Source: a virus. Taken from it: a stretch of 64,000 bases of DNA. Positions 57,555 through 64,000 of this stretch are shown piece by piece (position 1 is the stretch's first letter; every line of letters starts with the position of its first letter). Below the pieces are notes generated by a model, which was not told the origin of the DNA, did no database searches, and saw only the letters and a list, made by a program, of their open reading frames with translations. The DNA is taken from positions 1 to 64,000 of IMG/VR virus record IMGVR_UViG_3300022752_000038. The stretch is one strand, 5' to 3'. A program made the position numbers and the translations under genes.

Positions 57555-58623
57555 AGTTTGGATTGTAGATTTAGAAGCTGTTGATACTAGGTATACTGGT
57601 CAATGGAAAACCTGGATACCTGAGGTTGTTGCAAAGCATATAACTAGCAACAATTTAAAGTATGAAGTTTCGATCATCGAAGGAGATACTGATATTCCAG
57701 AAGCCACTACTCCCGGTGCATTTTTGAACTTTGGTGGTACTAATGTATATAAAAGTTCTCAAATGGCTAAGATAGCTAGAGCATTTACAAACGGAGAAGT
57801 TCGTTCAGGTGATATCTTTTTATATACAGATGCTTGGAATCCTACCATTATACAATTAAAGTATATGAGTCAGTTACTAGGCATCCCAGTAAAGATACAT
57901 GCTCTTTGGCATGCTGGTAATTATGATAAAAATGATTTTTTAGGTAGACTTATTAAAGATAGTTGGGTGAAAAACTTTGAACTGTCATTGGCTCAGGCTA
58001 TCGATTATAATTGGTTTGCTTCGGATTACCATATTAAATTGTTTAGAGACACATACGGTTACGAAGATATCAAATGTTATCGTACAGGATGGCCAATGGA
58101 GTATCTAGAAACATATATCAAACCTAAACAAAAAGAAAACATTGTATTGTTTCCACATAGGATAGCTCCAGAGAAACAGTTGGATATATTTAGAGAGATA
58201 GCAAAAGAAATGCCGGAATATGAATTTGTGATATGTCAGGATCGTAAACTTACTAAAGATGCATATCACGAAATGCTAGGTAAAGCTAAAGTAGTATTTT
58301 CGGCTAACTTACAAGAAACGTTGGGTATATCGTGCTATGAAGCTGTATTAGCAAATGCAGTACCGATGGTACCTAATCGTTTAAGTTACGATGAAATGTA
58401 TTCGGCGACATTTAAATATCCAAGTGAATGGACTGAATCTTTAGAGTCGTCTCGTAACTATCGTAGCTTCTTGAAAGCTACAATACGGTTTCATATGGAA
58501 TGCTATGATAATAATAGTAATTATTCATATCATTCTGTAATGAACGAACTTAAAACAAAATTGACACAAGAATATTTTAGTTGTAATAATTTATTAAAGG
58601 TAATGTTCAATGACAAATACTAA
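57547..58623 (+). CDS. GT-B (GT4-like) glycosyltransferase, GTDC1/QTMAN-like
   Basis: FPHRIAPEK, ETLGISCYEA (Ex7E), PNRLSYDEM; start set at ATG 57547. Confidence 0.8.
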   Translation: MNKVWIVDLEAVDTRYTGQWKTWIPEVVAKHITSNNLKYEVSIIEGDTDIPEATTPGAFLNFGGTNVYKSSQMAKIARAFTNGEVRSGDIFLYTDAWNPTIIQLKYMSQLLGIPVKIHALWHAGNYDKNDFLGRLIKDSWVKNFELSLAQAIDYNWFASDYHIKLFRDTYGYEDIKCYRTGWPMEYLETYIKPKQKENIVLFPHRIAPEKQLDIFREIAKEMPEYEFVICQDRKLTKDAYHEMLGKAKVVFSANLQETLGISCYEAVLANAVPMVPNRLSYDEMYSATFKYPSEWTESLESSRNYRSFLKATIRFHMECYDNNSNYSYHSVMNELKTKLTQEYFSCNNLLKVMFNDKY

Positions 58624-59803
58624 ACCAAAAAGATTTATATACTTCCCGTCATTATCAGCGGGCGGCTCGGCAGACGCATTTAAAAAGAATAAAGATGTTC
58701 AGCCTGGATTGACATGTAGATTTTATGCAGAAGATTTTCCAGAAGAATGGAGACATCCGTATTTTCTAGTGACCGCGGGTCATTATTATAAAAAGCCAGA
58801 GACTAGAAAAGACTTTGGACTGGAAGATTCATTTGTATTCGGCGACTCGGGCGGATATCAGTTAGCCCGCGGAGCTCTAAAGTGGAGTCCGGAGATTCGT
58901 GAAACTATTTTTCATTGGTTAGAAAACAATGCAGATATTGCTGCAAATTTAGATATTCCGCCTAGAACTACATATGCTAATCGATTTGAAGATTCTTTAA
59001 AGATTAGTTTAGAAAACTTTCAGTGGTTTGAAAAACATCAATCCGGCAAGTGTACATTTCTTAATGTACTGCAAGGATCCAATACGCATCAATATTCATA
59101 TTGGTATGATCAAGTCAAGGATTTTGAATTTGGAGGCTGGTGTGTTGGTGGTCCTCAAAAGCTTGTAGACTTTTTCTATGCATTGGCAGTAATGTTAAAG
59201 AATCGAGAGTTTGAAAAAAAGCGTAATGGATATATTCACTTGTTAGGCATTTCTAAAATAAGTGATTTTTATTTGTTAAGTACACTACAAAACAACTTTA
59301 ATAAGCATTTTGATAGTAGAATACAAGTATCAACAGATAGTTCATCGCCAGGACAATATCCAGTATATGGAACATATCTTCATTCACCTCAATTGAGTAA
59401 AATGACGTTTAGCCATTTATATTTTCCAAAAGGAGATAATCTCCCATATAGGGCAGATGATAAAGTACCAAATCCGTTCGGTCATCCGATTGATATGACA
59501 TTTGGAGAAGTAGCTAAATATGACGGTAATTGTACTTTAAAAATGGTATTGAATAATGTGTTTGCATTTAACAAAACTATTGATATGGTTAATGAATTAT
59601 GTGATGCGCATTTAGAACTATTAGAAACAATTGTGCCGACCGATTTCTATCAGATACTTAAAAGTATGAATGAAATGTTTGAAGACCCGGATCAGGCATT
59701 AGTTATTTATGAAAAGTATCGTCATTACTATATGAACTATGGCGGTACTCATGTAACATCAACAAACGAAAATACATTTAACAAATTTTTTGAACTAGTA
59801 TAA
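58610..59803 (+). CDS. dpdA: TGT/DpdA-family base-exchange transglycosylase
   Basis: GDSGGYQ, LDIPP, NVLQG, HLLG, STDSSS; near queD/queE/folE. Confidence 0.75.
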   Translation: MTNTKPKRFIYFPSLSAGGSADAFKKNKDVQPGLTCRFYAEDFPEEWRHPYFLVTAGHYYKKPETRKDFGLEDSFVFGDSGGYQLARGALKWSPEIRETIFHWLENNADIAANLDIPPRTTYANRFEDSLKISLENFQWFEKHQSGKCTFLNVLQGSNTHQYSYWYDQVKDFEFGGWCVGGPQKLVDFFYALAVMLKNREFEKKRNGYIHLLGISKISDFYLLSTLQNNFNKHFDSRIQVSTDSSSPGQYPVYGTYLHSPQLSKMTFSHLYFPKGDNLPYRADDKVPNPFGHPIDMTFGEVAKYDGNCTLKMVLNNVFAFNKTIDMVNELCDAHLELLETIVPTDFYQILKSMNEMFEDPDQALVIYEKYRHYYMNYGGTHVTSTNENTFNKFFELV

Positions 59804-59805
59804 TT

Positions 59806-60522
59806 ATGAAAAAGACAGACCTTTTAAATTTTATTAGTCGTTATCATCTAGCAGGAGCGACTACATCAGTTAAGTGGAACGGAAGCAATGGTTCCACAGA
59901 AACTAAGTTTATCACCGATGACCAAAATGTCATTGGAAGTGTAACTTCTAAAAACATTGACTTAGGTAATTGTGAGCTAGGAGTTTATGCTACGCCTCAA
60001 TTGACTAAAATGTTATCGGCAGTAAACGATGACCTAGACGTTTCCGTGAATAATTCAAATGGAACGGCTGTAAGTATTGACATTTCAGATAAGGAAGTTG
60101 ATATGACATTTATGTTAGCTGACCTATCCGTTATTCGGCAAGTGCCTGAGTTGAAGCAACTTCCAAATTGGAATGCAGAGATTACAGTTGATAAAGATTT
60201 TGTTAATCGCTTTATCAAAGCTAAAAATGCATTACCTGAATCAGAAAACTTTGGAGTAACTGTTAAGTCAGGTAAGATAGAATTTATTGTAAATTATTCA
60301 TCGATCAATACTAACCGAATTAAATTTGAAGTAGCTAATAGTTCAGCTAAAGATATGGATGTTATTTGCTTTTCTAGTAACTTGTTTAAAGAAATTTTGC
60401 AAGCTAATAAAGATGCTGATACTGGTAAGCTTGAAGTTTCGTCTGCAGGACTAGCGCGAGTATCATTTACATCTCAAACATATACATCGACTTATTATCT
60501 AGTACAATTACAAACAACCTAA
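59806..60522 (+). CDS. gp45: Sliding clamp (gp45-like)
   Basis: 238 aa with a two-domain beta/alpha pattern ending YYLVQ; upstream of the clamp loader. Confidence 0.7.
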   Translation: MKKTDLLNFISRYHLAGATTSVKWNGSNGSTETKFITDDQNVIGSVTSKNIDLGNCELGVYATPQLTKMLSAVNDDLDVSVNNSNGTAVSIDISDKEVDMTFMLADLSVIRQVPELKQLPNWNAEITVDKDFVNRFIKAKNALPESENFGVTVKSGKIEFIVNYSSINTNRIKFEVANSSAKDMDVICFSSNLFKEILQANKDADTGKLEVSSAGLARVSFTSQTYTSTYYLVQLQTT

Positions 60523-60959
60523 TGAAAGTACGATTTAAAAAATTAACAGACCAAGCTACAATGCCAAGCTATGCAAAGCCTGGCGATGCTGGTTTAGATA
60601 TGACAGCGTTTTCATATGTAACAGACCCAAATAATCAAACTATTAATTATCATACGGGTATTGCAGTAGAAATACCTGAAGGATATGTGGGTCTGTTATT
60701 TCCTAGAAGCTCTGTATATAAAACAGATTTGATCTTATCTAACTGCGTAGGAGTAGTAGATTCAGGATATCGCGGCGAAATTGTCTTTAAATATAAGATG
60801 CCAACCAAAGCATATTTTGCATCACTGCGTAGATTTGAAGTAGGAGATCGAGTAGGTCAATTAATAATTTTACCGTATCCGCAAATCGAATTAGAAGAAG
60901 TACTCGAATTATCCGAGACGGAACGTGGCGTTGCAGGATTTGGTAGCACAGGAAAATAA
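60522..60959 (+). CDS. dut: Trimeric dUTPase
   Basis: DAGLD, PRSS, GVVDSGYRGEI, GQL, RGVAGFGSTG. Confidence 0.96.
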   Translation: MKVRFKKLTDQATMPSYAKPGDAGLDMTAFSYVTDPNNQTINYHTGIAVEIPEGYVGLLFPRSSVYKTDLILSNCVGVVDSGYRGEIVFKYKMPTKAYFASLRRFEVGDRVGQLIILPYPQIELEEVLELSETERGVAGFGSTGK

Positions 60960-60960
60960 T

Positions 60961-61170
60961 ATGCCAAGAAAAAAAGTAGTAGCACCAGTTACAGAAAATG
61001 TAGAAAATCCGTGGAAGCAGTTGTTATCTACGGCCGAAAGTTTATATATTAGCGTAGATGAACAATACAAGATAGCTCCTAAAAACGAATTATCTAGTAT
61101 GTTAATTTCGTTATCATCAGTAATTAATTCTTTTAAGAAACAAAACGATGTTTGGGAATCAAGAAAATAG
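60961..61170 (+). CDS. Small hypothetical protein
   Basis: MPRKK...; fills the gap between dut and the clamp loader. Confidence 0.45.
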   Translation: MPRKKVVAPVTENVENPWKQLLSTAESLYISVDEQYKIAPKNELSSMLISLSSVINSFKKQNDVWESRK

Positions 61171-62083
61171 TTTATGGGTCGAAAAGTTTCGGCCGTCGAC
61201 ATTAGAAGGATATGTCGGTAATGAACATATTATAGAAAAAGTAAAACTATATATTCAAAGTGGAGATGTTCCGCATTTGTTGTTTTACGGATTAGCAGGT
61301 ACAGGTAAAACTACTTTAGCTAAAATTATCGCTAATAACGTTGATGCTGATGTATTATATATTAATGCCTCAGACGAAAACAATATTGAAACGGTACGTA
61401 CAAAGATAAAAAACTTTGCTAGTACTGTAGGATTTCGTACATGGAAGATTTGTATATTAGATGAGGCTGATTACATGACGCCTAATGGTCAAGCTGCGTT
61501 ACGTAATCTTATGGAAACGTTTAGTAAGACAACAAGATTTATTTTGACATGTAACTATGTAGAAAAGATTATTGACCCGATACAAAGTCGATGTCAGACA
61601 TTTTCTATTGAACCGCCTAGTAAAGTCGATGTAGCAAAACGCATATCAGCAATCTTTACAGAACTAAATGTAGAGTATGACAAAAAAGATCTAGTTACTA
61701 TAGTTAACTCTGGATATCCAGATATACGTAGAATATTGAATTCTTGTCAGCGTCAGGTAATTGACAATCGGTTAAAAATAGATAGTACAAGCTTAATTCA
61801 AGCTAATTACATGACTAAGATTCTAGATATATTTGTACAACAAGAATCTAGAAAAGATGCATTCACTCAAATACGTCAGGTTATTGCCGATAGCAAAGTA
61901 AAAGATTTTACGGCATTATATCGATTTTTATTTGATGAAGTAGATAATTATGCAAAAGGTCATATTGCTAACGTAATTCTAATTCTAGCAGAATCTCAAT
62001 ATCAAGATTCTTTTGCTATTGATAAAGAGTTACATGTTATGTCAATGATGATTAAGTTAATAAACGAGTTAAAAACAAAATAA
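61148..62083 (+). CDS. gp44: Clamp loader large subunit (gp44/RFC-like)
   Basis: [34 protein letters not shown]. Confidence 0.95.
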   Translation: MFGNQENSLWVEKFRPSTLEGYVGNEHIIEKVKLYIQSGDVPHLLFYGLAGTGKTTLAKIIANNVDADVLYINASDENNIETVRTKIKNFASTVGFRTWKICILDEADYMTPNGQAALRNLMETFSKTTRFILTCNYVEKIIDPIQSRCQTFSIEPPSKVDVAKRISAIFTELNVEYDKKDLVTIVNSGYPDIRRILNSCQRQVIDNRLKIDSTSLIQANYMTKILDIFVQQESRKDAFTQIRQVIADSKVKDFTALYRFLFDEVDNYAKGHIANVILILAESQYQDSFAIDKELHVMSMMIKLINELKTK

Positions 62084-62091
62084 AAAAGGTT

Positions 62092-63711
62092 ATGGCAAAA
62101 CAAATTTTCTTTGATTCTCACAGTCGAGATGGCTTAAAGCGTGGAATTGATACGCTAGCAAATGCAGTAAAAGTAACATTAGGACCTAAGGGCCGTAATG
62201 TAGTTATTGACAAACCAGGCATGCCGCCCATTGTAACAAAAGACGGAGTATCTGTAGCTAAAGAAATTGATCTTAAAGATCCTTTAGAAAACATTGGCGC
62301 CCGACTAGTTAAGGAAGTAGCTAGCAAAACTGCCGATATTGCAGGAGATGGAACTACAACCGCCACGGTATTGGCACAGTCAATTATTACATCTGGTATT
62401 AAACATGTAGCAGCTGGAGCTAATCCTATAGAAGTAAAGCGAGGAATAGATAAAGCTGTAGCGGCCGTCGTTAACGAATTAGATAATATTGCAACTAAGA
62501 TTGATAATGAACATGAAAAGATCAAACAAGTAGCTTCAGTATCTGCTAATAACGATGATGCTATTGGTACATTGATTGCTGATGCAATGTCAGAAGTTGG
62601 ATTAGAAGGAGTTATTACTGTTGAAGAAGCAAAAGGAATTGAAACGGAACTTAAGACCGTAGAAGGAATGCAATTTGATAGAGGCTATATTTCGCCCTAT
62701 TTTATCACGGATAATGCTAAGATGGAAGCCGTGTACGAGACTCCGTATATTCTAATCTTTGATAAGAAAATCAGCCATGTTAAACAATTCTTGCCGATAC
62801 TAGAAAAGGTAGTACAGACCGGAAAACCATTGGTTATTATTGCCGAAGACGTTGATGGAGATGTGTTAGGTACATTGGTATTGAATCGTGTACGTGCTGG
62901 ACTTAAAGTTGTAGCAGTTAAGGCACCAGGATTCGGTGATCGTAGAAAAGAAATGTTGATGGATATTGCAACACTTACCGGTGCTAATCTTGTATCTGAA
63001 GAATTAGGACGTACGTTGGAAGATACTACAATTGAAGATTTGGGTATCGCTGAAAAGATAATTGTAGCCAAAGACACTACTACAATTGTCAATGGTTACG
63101 GGGCAGCTGAAGATATCAACCAACGTATTGAAATTATTAAGAATCAAATCGATGGCAGTACTTCAGATTATGACCGTGAAAAGCTACAAGAACGCTTAGC
63201 TAAAATGGTAGGCGGAGTAGCTGTATTATCTATCGGCGCTGCAACAGAAGTTGAAATGAAAGAGAAGAAAGACCGAGTCGATGATGCAGTTAGTGCAACC
63301 CGCGCTGCGGTAGAAGAAGGAATTGTTCCTGGAGGAGGTGTTGCCTTTATACGAGCACAAAAAGCACTTGATACTATTAATGTAGACAACGATGATCAGT
63401 CGTTTGGTGTTAATATTATTTATAAAGCTATCGAATCACCACTTCGACAAATTTGTGAGAATGCAGGAGTTGATGCATCGGTTATTATACGTGATATTAA
63501 AAATAGTAACGAGGTTGGTTACGGATATAATGCTCGTACAGAACAATTCGAAAACCTATTGACATCAGGCGTTATTGATCCAAAGAAAGTTACACGTGTA
63601 GCGCTTCAACATGCAGCGTCAATTGCATCAATGGTATTAACAACCGAGTGTGCTGTTATTAATATTCCAGAAGAGAATACTAAGCAACAAGCACCTCAAT
63701 ATGATTTGTAA
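62092..63711 (+). CDS. groEL: Chaperonin GroEL
   Basis: [51 protein letters not shown]. Confidence 0.97.
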   Translation: MAKQIFFDSHSRDGLKRGIDTLANAVKVTLGPKGRNVVIDKPGMPPIVTKDGVSVAKEIDLKDPLENIGARLVKEVASKTADIAGDGTTTATVLAQSIITSGIKHVAAGANPIEVKRGIDKAVAAVVNELDNIATKIDNEHEKIKQVASVSANNDDAIGTLIADAMSEVGLEGVITVEEAKGIETELKTVEGMQFDRGYISPYFITDNAKMEAVYETPYILIFDKKISHVKQFLPILEKVVQTGKPLVIIAEDVDGDVLGTLVLNRVRAGLKVVAVKAPGFGDRRKEMLMDIATLTGANLVSEELGRTLEDTTIEDLGIAEKIIVAKDTTTIVNGYGAAEDINQRIEIIKNQIDGSTSDYDREKLQERLAKMVGGVAVLSIGAATEVEMKEKKDRVDDAVSATRAAVEEGIVPGGGVAFIRAQKALDTINVDNDDQSFGVNIIYKAIESPLRQICENAGVDASVIIRDIKNSNEVGYGYNARTEQFENLLTSGVIDPKKVTRVALQHAASIASMVLTTECAVINIPEENTKQQAPQYDL

Positions 63712-63733
63712 TTTATAAAAAAGGAATTATATT

Positions 63734-63973
63734 ATGGCTAACAAGGATATGACTAAAGTAGGTCTTGATACTGGCGCGCAACCTAAGTTGCGTGCTCAAG
63801 ATCTCGAAAACATCGTTTGTGAAAACTGCGGTGGTAGATTTTTTAGACAGGTACATGGATTTAAGCGTGTGCCAAAATTATTATCGCAGTCTGGTAAGGA
63901 AGAAATTATTCCGATTCCAACATTTCGTTGTGATGACTGTGGACATATTAATGATGAATTTATGTTAGCGTGA
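63734..63973 (+). CDS. Small Zn-ribbon protein
   Basis: CENC...CDDCGH; AAGGA SD. Confidence 0.65.
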   Translation: MANKDMTKVGLDTGAQPKLRAQDLENIVCENCGGRFFRQVHGFKRVPKLLSQSGKEEIIPIPTFRCDDCGHINDEFMLA

Positions 63974-64000
63974 GTACAAAAGCAGCAACCATATTCGATC
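63970..64000 (+). CDS. Start of a gene truncated by the window (possibly clamp loader small subunit)
   Basis: GTG overlaps the previous TGA and reads MSTKAATIFD; identity is a guess from context. Confidence 0.3.
   Translation, partial: MSTKAATIFD

Noticed and set aside
1-64000. Stop-codon reassignment
   Set aside because: Core genes are intact under the standard code and end in TAA, TAG or TGA, with high coding density.

Overview
A 64 kb segment of a large, AT-rich, T4-like (myovirus) phage genome. All credible genes lie on the + strand and use the standard genetic code. The host is probably Bacteroidota, inferred from bS21, a DUF5522-like ORF and TTTG/-7-type promoters. Gene order: hypotheticals and a lysis cassette (1-4.8 kb); terminase, portal, protease, ribosomal protein bS21, scaffold and major capsid (4.8-14.8 kb); PhoH, fibre-like, neck, sheath, tube, tail chaperone, tape measure and baseplate genes (14.8-37.8 kb); then replication and metabolism genes (divergent PolA, ferritin, gp32, UvsX, RNase H/FEN, gp41, class II RNR, PolB, clamp, dUTPase, clamp loader, GroES/GroEL). 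The best candidate for an undescribed system is a 7-deazaguanine cluster wrapped around the replisome genes: queD, queE, folE, hpt, polB, an unknown ORF, a GTDC1/QTMAN-like glycosyltransferase and a TGT/DpdA-like transglycosylase. It suggests glycosylated deazaguanine modification. Other notable signals are a four-way-junction RNA leader before the scaffold/capsid operon, a +1/-2 frameshift in the tail chaperone, two promoter classes, a ParB-like protein sharing the scaffold C-terminal motif, a PolA with a substituted steric gate, and an SSB-tail mimic. All family calls are by-eye motif recognition; no searches were run.
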